NCBI RefSeq assembly: GCF_001447785.1
Contig: NW_015161963.1
Location: 781,600-845,599 of the forward strand
Reading direction: 5' to 3'
DNA length: 64,000 bases
Source: Gekko japonicus
Lineage: Eukaryota
Positions 51,561 through 63,873 of this stretch are shown in pieces; position 1 is the first letter of the stretch; the number at the start of each line of letters is the position of its first letter. The notes under the pieces were generated by a model that searched no databases, was not told where the DNA came from, and saw nothing but the letters and a program-made list of their open reading frames with translations. The position numbers and the translations under genes are program-made.

Positions 51561-51902
51561 AAATTATATTTTGAGTAGGGCAGAGAACCTGAACAGGCTG
51601 GGGTGCCCTTGTGATGTGACTCTGAACTGAGGGATGCACCTTGGGTGCAGAATGGGGCCAAGGCATTTTAGTGCCTCAGGTAAGGAAAGCCAAAGGGTAC
51701 ACTCCTTCCACTCAGGAATTTAGGATCTAAAATTATATTTTGAGTAGGGCAGAGAACCTGAACAGGCTGGGGGGGTGCCCTTGTGATGTGACTTTGAACT
51801 GAAGGATGCACCTTGGGTTCAGAATGGGGCCAAGGCATTTTAGTGCCTCAGGTAAGGAAAGCCAAAGGGTACACTCCTTCCACTCAGGAATTTAGGATCT
51901 AA
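51561..51902. repeat. Tandem duplication, ~169-bp period
   Basis: Two near-identical copies next to an N-gap. Confidence 0.85.
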
Positions 51903-52586
51903 TCCACAAGGAAGTTTTCCTCTGAGGCCTCATTTAAACAAACAGGAACTGCATGACATACTCTGGAANNNNNNNNNNNNNNNNNNNNNNNNNNNNNNNN
52001 NNNNNNNNNNNNNNNNNNNNNNNNNNNNNNNNNNNNNNNNNNNNNNNNNNNNNNNNNNNNNNNNNNNNNNNNNNNNNNNNNNNNNNNNNNNNNNNNNNNN
52101 NNNNNNNNNNNNNNNNNNNNNNNNNNNNNNNNNNNNNNNNNNNNNNNNNNNNNNNNNNNNNNNNNNNNNNNNNNNNNNNAGCCACAATCCAGACCACATC
52201 TGCACAACCTAAATGGGCCACTTCCCTCCATTCTTGACCAAATCCTTGTTACAGGAAGGACAGGGAGATGTTTTAACTCCACATTAAAGCAGGATCCCAG
52301 AGGAAGGTAACATGGACAAAGCAGATATCACAGATACGTGGCCACGGAAAGGGAGAAGCCCAACTCCAAACTGGATAACAGAAGAGAATGGGCATCCATC
52401 TTGCAAGGCGAAAGGGGGCACAAGCGAGAAACTTAAAACCATGGCTCTCTGCTCCACTGAGAGTAACTGGCCACTCCCAAAGACTTCCTGGCTGGGTTGG
52501 ATGAGGGCTGTTTTCTCCACAGAGCAGTGGGTTGGGTTGTGCTGGGCAGGGATGGGGGAGAGTCTCCTCTTGTTAGGCTTTCCCCA

Positions 52587-55500
52587 TCATCTCTTTGCTT
52601 CTTCTTCTTCCGCTGTTTCATCCAATCCCTGAGATGGCTGCATGCTGGGCTGAACCGTTTGGACGGTCTCTTCTAGGCTGCTGCTGGGGAAGACCACGTA
52701 GCGGGCACTGATGACTTGGCCCTGGGACTCCCGCAGGTTCTCTTTGCTGTGCCGGATGCCATACCCAAAGTAGACCAGCAAGCCTAAGGCAAAGAGGGAC
52801 AGCAAGAGTAAAAGTAAACCCAAACATATCACCATAGGTCATAATCACACCATGACCCCTTTGTGCAGGCCCATAACTGGATCATTTATGGTGAGGAGCA
52901 TGAAGGTTGCAGGGAGAGCATAAGTTAATATGAAACAGGAAAAAAACCTTTAGTCCAATATTATTACAAATTATTAATTTGAATTTAATTGGATTTTTAA
53001 GTGCCAGGTATCCAGTTGCTCCTTGGGGTAGGGTTGCCAACTCTGGCATCGAAAATTCCTGGAGTTTTGGGGAGGATGGAGTTTGGGGAAGGACAGAGCA
53101 CCATAGCTTTGTAATAATATGTCCTGACTTCTGTGATGTCACATCCGGATTAAAGGTCAGCTCTTGCATCTCCTCTTTCTGTGAGATCACTTCCTCCTAC
53201 TAAAACTCATTTTAAACATAAATTTCCCATCTCATATCACCCCCACATTTCCCCCCATCTTGCATCACTTGTAGGTTATTGTATGTATGTGTTCTGTATG
53301 TCATACTAACCTTTTTGGAAGGGCTGTAGCGCAGTGGAAGAGAATCTGTTTGGCATGCAGAAAGTCCCAGGTTCAATCTATGGATCTCCAGTTAAAAGGA
53401 TCTGGCAGTAGGTGATATGAAAGACCCTTTTCTGCCTGAGACCCTGGAGAACCACTGCCAGTCTAACTAGACAATACTGTCCTTGATAGACCAATGGTCT
53501 GATTCAGTATAAGGCAGTTGCATGTGTTCATGTTGCTGGAAGATACACAGAAGCTGAATATGTATCAGCTGCACAAGGTTGTCAAGAGATACAGCGGCTG
53601 CGCCAGCTACTGACAGATCCAGGTATAGATGTACCACAACCCATACAAGTATATGAAGACAACCAAAGCTGCATTCATCTGTCTAAACAAGAAGATGTGA
53701 ACATATGCCCCAAGCACATTGACAAGGTATCACCTAGTGAGAAAACTGCAAAAGGAAGACATCATCAAGCTGATCTGTTGTCCAACAGGAGAAATTATTG
53801 CAGACGTTCTCACTAAGCCACTTCCTAGAAATCACTTTGAAGATCTAAGAGAAGATGAACTGTGAGCGAAGTCAGGAGACATTGAGAAGGGGTGTTGGAA
53901 GATTAAGGACTATACGCTGTCTCTTAGCCTCAGCATTCAGAGGGGGTACAATAGAGTCAGCGAGATAGATGGGCTCAGGACACTGACCATCCTTTCTTTC
54001 TCTCTCTGATGCTTTCAAACAGATGGTTATTCTTAGGGGAAAAGACTTCCTTCCTGACACCTTCTCTCTCACGCACACACTTTGACAGATCTCTCCATCT
54101 TGGCATCATGGATGCAAGACATTCTTCCTGCATCTGCATCCATCCTAGTTAAATTAGAAACTATCCTGTCTCTACTCTTTCCTGTCTATAGAATGGAGCT
54201 CTATAAATAAAGAAACTCATATTAGTTTGCAAATATGAAAGAGGTTCCATGAAACATTATTTTCTTATTAGCACACACACAGAGACTGGAGACACTTTGC
54301 TGCATGGTAAGCCTTGTGCACACTGCTAACTTGCTAATATTCCAGAGAATATGACACGTGCCCTAAATACATGTGTTGATATAACTGGCTGCTATCCAGT
54401 TTTGTTCCATTCAAAAACACCCCCCAACCCCCTCTCAAGTCCTCTTTAGTTTTCTTTATGTGTTAATTCTGAAGAATCATAGGAAGTCGTCAGCCAACAG
54501 CAGTCGATCCCTCTTTCAATTCCCAACTGGCCCTTTGCCTTGAATGTCTTTACAGGTAACAACCAAGTCCTTACAGAGGCCATAAGAGAAGCATAAGTCC
54601 TAAAGCATTCACCCTCTGTAGCCACTCCAGGATTTCTGAGCCCACCCGCTGAAGCTGCCATTTTCTTCAGGGGAACTAATCTCTGCAGTCCAGAGATCAG
54701 CTGTAATTTCAGGATAATTCCAGGCCCCACTGGTAACCCTATCTGGAGCTCTAGATTCTAGAGTAATCACTGATTAATATTCTATTTACAAAACAGGGAT
54801 TATTTCTGTCCAATGTAGCATTAACTGACTGAGTCATTTTCCACTGTACAGACATATAACCACTACCTCATTAGTGACAATAACAATATTGCAATCAGCT
54901 CTATGGTAGGTAACAGACGGAGGCATCTAAGCAGCTGGAGTATATAAGGACAATAATGCTGAAGTGGAGATGCATCATTCGGGGGGGAAAAATGAACCTG
55001 GTTTCAAGATGAGGAGAGGAAAGAGGGAAGATGGCAAGGCCAGAGAGGAACGTGCTAATAAAACACTACTAATTCAAGATAGAAAATGCTGCAGAGTTTT
55101 CTCAGGAACGTCATCTCGTGTTTGGCTAGTAATTTCTTCTTACATTTTTAACAGGTTAACATTTCAGTAGGAATGTAGAGCCATGAGAAGACCGAGAGAA
55201 CAAATGAAAAGACCCATAAAATGTAAAACAATGACATGGAACTCCTGTCATATACCCAGTGAAGAGAGACTGGCCTATAGCCTTGCAACAAGCTGCAACT
55301 TTGTCAGTACTCAGTGGGTGCGTTCAGACGGGGCATTTGCAACGGTATAGGTGCCGGTTGGAATTGGTGTACTTACCGGCGTTCACACGGCGAACATCTG
55401 CATTTCGTCCCTAACCGTTACAAAGAGCTTTACACCGTTGTATTCTGCCACTAGGTCCCCAAGTGGTGGTATCCTGAGTGCAACGGGTGTAATCGCTTTA

Positions 55501-57956
55501 CCCCCCCGTCTGATCGCTCTCTAACGTTGTAGAGCCACTTCCGTTCGGAAGCCCGAGGCTTCCGATTTTCGCCCGCCATTTTTTTTTGTTAGGTCGCCGA
55601 TATGCGCTTGGGCGCAATTTCACCCTGGCGTTTGTTTTTTTAAAAAAGAAAAGGTCCTTAGTTTAAGGTTTTGGAGGACTCCAAGACCTCAGGGAGGCCA
55701 GTTTGGTATTTAAACTTTAAAGGTAAGTCCTTACCTTTAAACTTTAAATGTAAGATGGGGTGTTTTGCGCATGCGTGAAGATCGCCATTCTGTGGATGGC
55801 TGCCTATGCGCATGCTCAAACTGAGTTTAAAAAAACCACACCAATGCCCGCTGCATGTGAACGGGCATACAGCGATGGGCTCTGCAGACAGAAGGAAAGT
55901 GTTATCGCATTTCAGCCGGCATAAACTGCACCGGTTCCAACCGGTACAGTTTATGCCAGCTGAAACGCCCTGTCTGAACGCACCCATTATGTCTCAAAAT
56001 TCTTCTCCTAAGAGAAGCTGCAGGTGGTATCCCTGCAGTAGTGTTCAAAGCCGGGCTGGGAAAGGCAGGGTGGTGGAGAGAGGGCAGAGGGTGATGGGGT
56101 ACAAAAGTGGGCGGCAGTGCCAGAGTCCCTCTGACTGCAAGTCACATCCAGTGCTCCCTCTAAGCTGTGGAGTCTTGTGAGCAAAAATTCTACTTTGTGA
56201 GCTACTGGCATTAAAGTTGTGAGTGAGCGATTTGGCTGCTGCATAAATTAGTTTGCTCTGGAGTCATCTTTCCTGTGCTAAGACAAAAACCTGTGAGCTG
56301 GAGGCTAAAAAACTGTGAGCTAGCTCACACTAACTCAGCTTAGAGGGAACACTGGCATCCCTCATTCTGGAATCTCACCCACCTAATACCAAGTCGTCGT
56401 GGTTATGGTAAAGTGAGGGAAAACCATTCTGCACACGTCTAGGAGTATGCCTGTTTGCAGTCTTGCACCACTGAAAAAATGAACTGTCATCTTCCTTTTC
56501 ATCTGGTAGTTAGAAGTACTGGGACTTAAGCCTGCCTGAGCAGCACTGCCCTCTTCAGTTGATTAGCCCTAATTTTACATTTTGGGAGAGGTAAATATAT
56601 GCATTGACAGAGGCTATTAATTGGTGAATAAAGAGCACATGCTCAGATTCACATATTCCTTCACCAAAACAACAAAACCATGCAATGGTTTTTGCTAGGA
56701 CCAACCACAATGACATAAAGGTTTCCCTTGCTCAAAAGCCAGTCGAATCCAACTCTAGGGGGTGGTGTTCATCTTCATTTCCAAGCCGAAAAGCCAGCGC
56801 TGTCCGAAGACGTTTCCATGGTCGCGTGGCCGGCATGACTAAACGCCGAGGCACACAGAACACTGTTACCTTCCCACCGAAACGGTACCTATTTATCTAC
56901 TTGCAATTTCTTGCTTTTGAACTGCTAGGTTGGCAGGAGCTGGGGCCAGAGATGGGAGCTCACTCTGTCATACAGCACGATGGTCTCAAACTACACCCAT
57001 CATTCCCATAGTTACCCTCATCGAGCTGTGGCAGTGATATAGCATTCTTGATGATAGGCGAGATGGCAGGAGGTGTCAGTAAGGCCTCATCATTATTTCT
57101 GCTTCCCCAGTTCCTTAGTGAGCTCTTCCTCACGTGCCTGGGTGTCCAGGCAAAGACGCTATTGGGTTTGGCTGCCTCGCCACCATGGTTTCTGAGGAAG
57201 GAAGTGTCCCCAAAGGCATCTCCACCATGTCCGACATGCATGGTATGGTAGAAGTCCCCCAGTGGTGGACTGATCATGTCTGGTGTCAGATCTCCTTTCA
57301 GGTGCCGCTTGTTGTGGGAGCGGATACCCAACTGATTACTGGCAGCTTCCCAAGACTCATATCTTAGCCTCTTTGAAGCCCTCTCTCAGAAACTGTGTAT
57401 TCTGTCCCTCATATCAGGTGGGCTTCACTTGGGCAGTGGTGATGATGTGGGGTACACGTCTTCTGTATTCTGTCCCTCATATCAGGTGGGCTTCACTTGG
57501 GCAGTGGTGATGATGTGGGGTACACGTCTCAGAGATCAGTCTCAAACTGCTGAGCTACAGACCTTCTGGTCTGCAGCTCAGCGTGATAACCTCTAAGCCA
57601 CCGTGGCCCCACAATGACATAAGCCAATAGCAAATTTTCAAATTCTCTAGAACATTTCATTAGGCTGAACTCAAAAAAGCGTCTGCTTTTTTGGATATTG
57701 CGTCAGACCCCTGCAACATTTTTCTGCTTTGAGAATAATTCTTCATACAAGCCAGGTACTACAAGGTGACTTTCAAGCAATGATGAAAAAAACAAACCAA
57801 TCAGCCACCTGGCCGAATGCTCCCAAGCACTATTTCCCACCTCCTCATCCCAGTCCCCTGGCCCAACTTACTCCTCAAGCCTAACTGCAGATAAATGTAG
57901 CTCTTAGTCAGATTTTCTGCCCCGTACTTTTGTTGTCATTGCTAATGTTCAGGGGG

Positions 57957-57999
<43 letters not shown>

Positions 58000-60900
58000 A
58001 GCAATGGAGAAAAGATGATGAAACAAAACAGAGAAGAATGGGTCCCAGTCAATAAAGGGTTAACTGTCCAGCAGCCCTGCTCTCTTTCAGCCTCCCTTCC
58101 TCCTCATTTGCAAGGCAATTGCGAAAAGGCAGGTTGCACATTTCCACTGGTGTCACTACGAAAGGGCTGGAGGCTTTTCTTTAAAATGAAAGCAGGACCT
58201 CCGGAGAGGTGAGGCTGGCATATTTCTAAGAGGGCTATTCCCCTACCTACCCCCATAGCTACAGGCTGAACAATGTGGCAAATAAATAAACATATAATGC
58301 AGCACAACAGGATTCCACGAGCTAGAAGGAAGCAGGAAGAGCAGCACTTCAGCTCTAACTAAAGACAAAAGTAAACCACCTAGCCGACCAGGAAGGGTTC
58401 GTCAATCATTTACTCAGGTCCCCCAGACAGCCTGAGACAATCACTCCCAGTTAGCTTACAAAAGCATGCTGCCCTAGTGATTAAATGGCAGGGGTAGCCT
58501 GGGCTCCAGCAGCAAGGGACAGCCTCTGCAGCTTGTCAGCTTAAAAGGGCACCTGGACAAAACACTATACTTCACCAAACAGGTGGTGGTGGTAGAAAAT
58601 GTGTCAAGCAGGGTTGCCAAGAGCCACCGTGGGGCCCCCAGACAAAGTTTCCACCTCGGCCTCTCCCCATATGACCCTGATCCAAGCAAAATATCATAAC
58701 AAAACAGTGTTCCCTCTAAGCGGAGTTACTATGAGCTAGCTCACAATTTTTTAGCCTCCAACTCACAGATTTTTGTCTTAGCTCAGGAAGGATGGCTCCA
58801 GAGCAAACTAATTTATGCAGCAGCAAATGGCTTGCTCACAACTTTAATGCCAGTAGCTCACAAAGTAGAATTTTTTGTACACAAGACTCCATAGCTTTGA
58901 GGGAATATCACTTGGCTGGCTGTTACCACGCATCTATAATAATAGAAGCGTCTGCATGTCCATCTGTTTGTCCATTTGTGGCAGGCATAATGCATCAGGA
59001 ATCTCAAAATTGGTCACTAGCTTCAGAATGATTATGGGAGTTCCAAGGCCAAAAATGAAAGGAATTGGAATATCCTGGACAAAGTTAGCTCCAGGAACCC
59101 CCCTCCCTGCTATTTGCTGTTCAGAGCAGGCCCGAGGCTTTTTAGGGCACTAGGCGAGGCTAGCTTGTGCCCCCCCCCCGCGAGGCTGCCTTTGGCGCCC
59201 CCCCTCATTGCACCCCATTTTCTCCTGCTCCTCTGAGTCTCTGAGTGTGAGTGAGGAGTGGGGGGGAGGAGGAGAGGGAGAGGGGTTTCGCAGGGAGCTT
59301 TGCTCGCACTCGGCTTGCGCTGCCGGCTGTCAGTCCCAGTTCCTGCACCACGTGACCTTCTGGTAGAGCCACTGAACAGAACGAGGCTGGCAGGGAGGAG
59401 CGGGAAGAGGGAGGGGAGGGGGTGAGGAGGAGGTGGGTGAAGCAGGCGGGCGCACTGACCATTTTGCAAGTGCCTGCCTGGGACAAGGCTGAGGCATGGT
59501 GCGCGCAAGGTGCCGGGGCCATTCCTCTCCCGTGTGGTGCCTTTCGGACAACGGGAGCCCTGCTGCGGGGGAGGTGAGGCTCTCCTGTGCCACCTTCCCC
59601 CTCTCACCTGTGAGCCTCCAGGGGGAGGGGCCCCTGGCCAGGAGAGGTGCCGGGACTGGATGGGTCTGAGCAAGCCATGCGAGAGGCAGCGCCGGCGAGG
59701 CGGAGGGGGAGTGCGTGGCGGCTGGTGCAGCGGGAGGCTGGAAACTCCCTTCCTCGGTTGGCAAATAGAGGCAGTGATGGCCAGGGCACGCGGTGCAAGC
59801 CTTTGGTAGGGGCGGGGGAGGGTGGCTCAGTGCGGCGCCCCCATGATGACCCCGTGCTCTAGGCGAGAGTCTAGCTCGCCTAGTGAGCGAGCCGGCCCTG
59901 CTTCTGTTCCTCACATATTACCAATAAAACAGATTAACATTCTGTAATTATGTATGTAAAGGGTAAGGGGAAGCATCTTTTTATGTCTTTGGTAGATTAT
60001 AGGGAAATATTTACTCCCCCCTTCTGTTCATAATATTATCAAAAGTTTGCTGCTATACTACTACTAAATATGTTCTAAATTGCCAAACTGAGAAGGAATC
60101 AAGACCAAGAGTGGAAAAAAAGAGTGGGAATAGAAGTGAGGATATAGGAATGGCTGATCGTGAAAAGAAGAGAGCAAAATGAAGGAGGAGAAAAGTGTAG
60201 GAAAGAATGAGAGAAATTAAGAAAAAGACAACAAATTGTTGTTTGTTTGCTACCACACTAACAGGGCTGCCCCTTTGCAAGATCTGGGTGTACAGACAAA
60301 ACTATGGAGCTGGAACTAATGGAATTAATTATAGACCGATATCTCCTTATTAGGAGGCTGCACCCTGGCAATGGCCGTAGCTTATCCTAGCTGGTTTTGC
60401 CTTTCTCCAGTGTTGGCTTGGCTGCTGGGTTTAGAAGGATCTGAGAAGCAAGGGTTTCTCTCAGACTCCTAGAATCAGAGCAACTCCTACCTGCTGTGCT
60501 TGTCCTTCCCTTTGCCCTTAGTGGCTGCAGTGCAGAAGTGCATTGGGGTGAAAAAGTAAATGCATCCTATGACTAAAGCATGACCTTGGCTTCAGGGGTC
60601 CTCTAACTGACTAGGGCCCCTGGAATCCCCCCCCAGGCTCCCCCTCTTGAAAGCCCTGCCATCAAGTTGAAGCATGGTGACCCCATAGGATTTTCAAGGC
60701 AAGAGATGTTCAGAGGTGGTTTGCCATTGCCTGTCTCTGTGAAGAGACCCTGGACTTCCATGGTGGTCTCCTATACAAATACTGACCAGGGCCGACGCTG
60801 ATTAGTTTCTGAGATCGGATGAGATCTGACTAGCCTGGGCCATCCAGGTCAGGCCTACCAAAAAGGAAAATGTTCAGTGAGCTATTTGTGCAAAGAAAGA

Positions 60901-62292
60901 TACTTAGCTCATCAAGGAGCTAAACTAGACGTGGAATGGCCTGTTTTAGCAAACACCAGATGTCCCAAACAGCTCTTATGACATGTTCATGTTAAAAAAC
61001 TTATGCCTGCTGGACGGAGTCACGCCTTGAGGGATTTCCTTGACCATCTGATGGGAACTGGCCATGTCACTGGGCATGCCAATGACACAAGATTCCACCC
61101 AGGTGTTGGTAAAGGATTGCTGTTGAGTCACAAGAAGGCTTCCACTAGCTTTTGACAGATGTCAGACAAAAGGGCTTGTTACAAGGATGTCAAAAGGGCG
61201 AGGATGACAGCCAGGAGAGGCACAGACATCTCCCATACTGCTCTCTGTTTGCCTCTCAAGGACCCCAGTAGGAAAGTTTCCTCCCCTCATCATCCCTTGC
61301 TAATGAGTTGCTTCCCAGTGTTGGGAGACCTCACAGGCAATTCTTCACGGAGCCTGTGGAGTTAACACAGATACACCCCAAACCATTATCCTTGATGGTC
61401 ACGTATGAATTTTGATGCTGAATATCTAAAAAAATGCAAGGGATATTTTATATTTGTCAACAGCATTTGATATCTGAAGATTTCACTGCAGGGCGCAGTC
61501 AGCAATTGGCTATATTTGACCATGTTCTGATATTGATTTGAGAAAAAAACAACAGTAAATTTTATCTTTACTATCGATGAAGCAGAATATAATATCTGAA
61601 TTCTTGATTTTGATGTCCAGTTTCAGTTCTGGAATTGCTGGTGTACTACTTAGGGTCTTAGACTATTATCTGGGAGACACAAGTTTGAATCCCAACACTG
61701 CCAGTCAGGGTTACCAACTTCCCAGTGGGTCCTGGGGTCCTACTGAAATTGAAGCTGATCTCCAGAATAGAGATGATTTCCTTTTGAGGAAATGGCAGGC
61801 TTCAGACTCGATGGCATTACAGCCCCCACTTTGCTTCCTCCCCAGGAATTTCCCTCAGAACTTCACGAATTTCCCATGCCAGAGCTGGCCACCCTGGCTG
61901 CCTTGGATGACCGTGGTCTACTCACTCTCTCTCAGCTACAATCCAGAATTTTTGCTCACATGTGTTTGTATGATAAAATAGAAGGGGCTTGTAAGCCACT
62001 TTGGGTCTCCATTGGGGAGAAAACTGGTGTGTAAATACCTAAACAAATCCATATTTTTTGATTTAAAAATGAAGTAGTTAAATGTGAAAATCCATTAGAT
62101 TTAGAAACTGCATTTCAAGCTCTGCTGTGGACATGACCATCTTCATTTCCATATTCTTGTTCAGTGCAGAGGAGAGGAATGAAAACAAGCTGGTCCACAT
62201 TGTGTTTGGTGGGCTGCCTCCGCACCCTTCCTTCTTTTCTAGAGGGGTGGGAGAAAAGAATTTCCCCCTCCCAAAGCTTCTGCCGAGTGTCC

Positions 62293-62373
<81 letters not shown>

Positions 62374-63873
62374 ATGGGTTCTCTCTCAACATCCATTTTC
62401 AAAGAGCCGAGGTACAGCAGCCGGTCCCCAACTCACCTACAATCAGCCAGACAGAGAAGCGCAGCCAAGTCATGTAGTTGAGTTTCAGCATGAGGTAGAC
62501 GTTGAGGAGGATGCTCAGGGCTGGAGTCAGTGGTACCAAGGGTAGCTAAAGGGGAAGAGAGGAGACCAAGGTGAGATGGACGGGCTGTACCAATTCATGG
62601 GCCTTTCAACAGAGTTTAGCTGAAAGAAGATGGAGGCTCCCAGCGGTTGCTCTTCTAAATACCTTCTCTGGAAATGCAACATGAGAATTTTCCCAAGTGG
62701 AGTGGTTTTTGATGTCCAAGGGCTGCTCCCTACTGCAACAGGGAACATATCTCATTTGCTGAAGGAAAAAAGTTTGACAGCTGGAACACAACCAGTGAAG
62801 AAAGAAGTCTGTGGCCAGGAGTCAGTGAGGGGGCAGGCTTTCCAAGGGCATGCTGGGGTTTTTTTGAGGGAACTGATGCTGCTCTGCAGACTCTAAAACC
62901 AGCAATCCATTCACAGCTTACCTACTAATGAGCATAGCAGCTTACTGTTTCCCATGATCAAATTCTGGAAAAACCATGGAGTGAGAATCTGCACTCAAAC
63001 AGAGCTGGTGGCAAAGTTGTCCTGTGTCTGCCTCACCAGAAACAGACTTCATGACAAAAACACATATTTCCCACTGTGGTGGCTTGAATTTGCTGCCTCA
63101 GTAGGAGAGGAGAATGGAAAGGGGAGGGGCCTGCAAAGTATTTAGGGGGTCAGATGTCTTGCAAATCCCTTATCAGGCTTTGGCCCCGGTTACCTGGAAT
63201 GTCTGGCTTTTTTTTTGCTGCTCGTGAACCCCGATGAGAAGCAAGCTGAAGACAAAGGCCAGGCTGAAGAGCACAATCAGCAAGCTGTAGCTCCAGGTGG
63301 GCAGGTGAAGCTGGTTCTTCCCAAACACCAGGATGGAGGACAAGCAGAGGGCGGACACCATGAGGATGATAACAGCCACTGTGACCACTTCTCCAGGGTA
63401 GAAATCACTGAGGAAGTCCAAGTAAGGATCAAAGATGGCCTTGAGCTGTCCTGGTTCCCGCTGGCTTTTGGCTTTTTCCTTGCCTACCAAGTTCAGCTTG
63501 TCAGAGAAAGATTCATACTCTTTTGGTTCGCTGGCACCAATGGTCTCTGCAGATGCTGGTGGAGCATTCTCACTCTCTGAAGGTGGGTTCAAAGCCTGGG
63601 ACTTTGCCCGCTGGAAGCGCAGAACGATGACGCTGGCTGCTACAAAGGTGTAGGCCAAGAGAGTGCCGATGGACAGGAACTGGACGAGGGCCTCCAGGTC
63701 AAAGATGAAGGCCAGCACGGACATGAGAGTGCCAAACACCACAATGGCCACCACAGGGACTTGTGTCTGCGGATGTACACGTGAGAACACCTGGAAAAAG
63801 AGCCCATCCTCTGCCATGGCATAGACAATCCGCGGCAGAGAGAAGAGGTTGCTGAGGAGAACTGTGTTCATTG
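52587..63873 (-). CDS. SLC7A4: Cationic amino acid transporter 4 (CAT-4), last three coding exons; 5' part lies beyond the window
   Basis: Exons 63873-63194 ([27 protein letters not shown]...[17 protein letters not shown]...TFQ), 62545-62437 ([37 protein letters not shown]) and 52783-52587 ([15 protein letters not shown]...stop). GT-AG and in frame. Confidence 0.93.
53320..53532 (+). mobile_element. tRNA-headed SINE with CR1-like tail
   Basis: Head gggctgtagcgcagtgg...ccaggttcaatc; related minus-strand copies at ~13770-13970 and ~31310-31440. Confidence 0.6.
53547..54345 (+). mobile_element. Ty1/Copia LTR retrotransposon 3' remnant (RNase H, PPT, 3' LTR)
   Basis: TEAEYVSA...YEDNQSCI...KHID(frameshift)YHLVRK...IADVLTKPL; PPT GAGAAGGGG immediately before TGTTGGAA at 53893; AATAAA inside the LTR; right end approximate. 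Confidence 0.8.
55316..55985. mobile_element. Non-autonomous DNA transposon, PIF/Harbinger-like
   Basis: 19-bp TIRs GGGTGCGTTCAGACGGGGC / GCCCTGTCTGAACGCACCC; CpG-rich, with subterminal palindromes. Confidence 0.75.
56149..56354. mobile_element. ~200-bp hAT MITE (same family)
   Basis: Same TIRs and internal sequence. Confidence 0.8.
56719..57608 (-). mobile_element. Sauria-type SINE interrupted by the CDC42EP1 fragment
   Basis: ACCTTT-type tail and typical body (gtggccggcatgactaaac, gttaccttcccaccg, ggtacctatttatctacttgca, gaactgctaggttggcaggagctggg) at 56719-56992; head at 57549-57608; 14-bp TSD CCACAATGACATAA at 56705-56718 and 57609-57622. Confidence 0.85.
56993..57538 (-). pseudogene. 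CDC42EP1: CDC42 effector protein 1 (BORG5) 5' gene fragment, frameshifted and 3'-truncated
   Basis: ATG at 57360 gives [13 protein letters not shown], then a 1-nt frameshift into [41 protein letters not shown] (CRIB) ... [17 protein letters not shown] (BORG homology). Flanked by direct repeat GTCTCAAACT (56983-56992 and 57539-57548). Confidence 0.85.
57958..58000. repeat. (GAAA)n microsatellite
   Basis: Direct reading. Confidence 0.95.
58705..58908. mobile_element. ~200-bp hAT MITE (same family)
   Basis: Same TIRs and internal sequence, right end degenerate. Confidence 0.75.
59122..59900. mobile_element. hAT-type non-autonomous element (CAGGGCCGGC family)
   Basis: Termini CAGAGCAGGC / GCCGGCCCTG; degenerate 8-bp TSD TTGCTGTT/CTTCTGTT; related to the truncated copy at 42424-42792. 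Confidence 0.65.
60665..60855 (-). mobile_element. 5S rRNA-derived SINE (5S-Sauria-like)
   Basis: Minus strand reads gatctcatccgatctcagaaactaatcagcgtcggccctggtcagtatttgtataggagaccacc, a degenerate 5S internal control region, followed by a non-5S tail. Confidence 0.7.
62296..62371. repeat. Compound (TC)n(CA)n microsatellite
   Basis: Direct reading; ~65 nt into the last SLC7A4 intron from its donor site. Confidence 0.95.

Noticed and set aside
41385-51902. Short tandem duplications (123-174 bp) as a functional array or CRISPR-like system
   Set aside because: Unrelated two-copy duplicates with no spacers, several next to N-gaps; most consistent with gap-filling or haplotype artefacts, or ordinary local duplication.
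59110-59914. Long GC-rich ORFs (187-194 aa) and apparent CpG island
   Set aside because: Lie inside a TIR-bounded transposon; stop-poor only because of GC content.
60740-60855. 5S rRNA gene
   Set aside because: Too diverged and fused to a SINE tail; it is a 5S-derived SINE.
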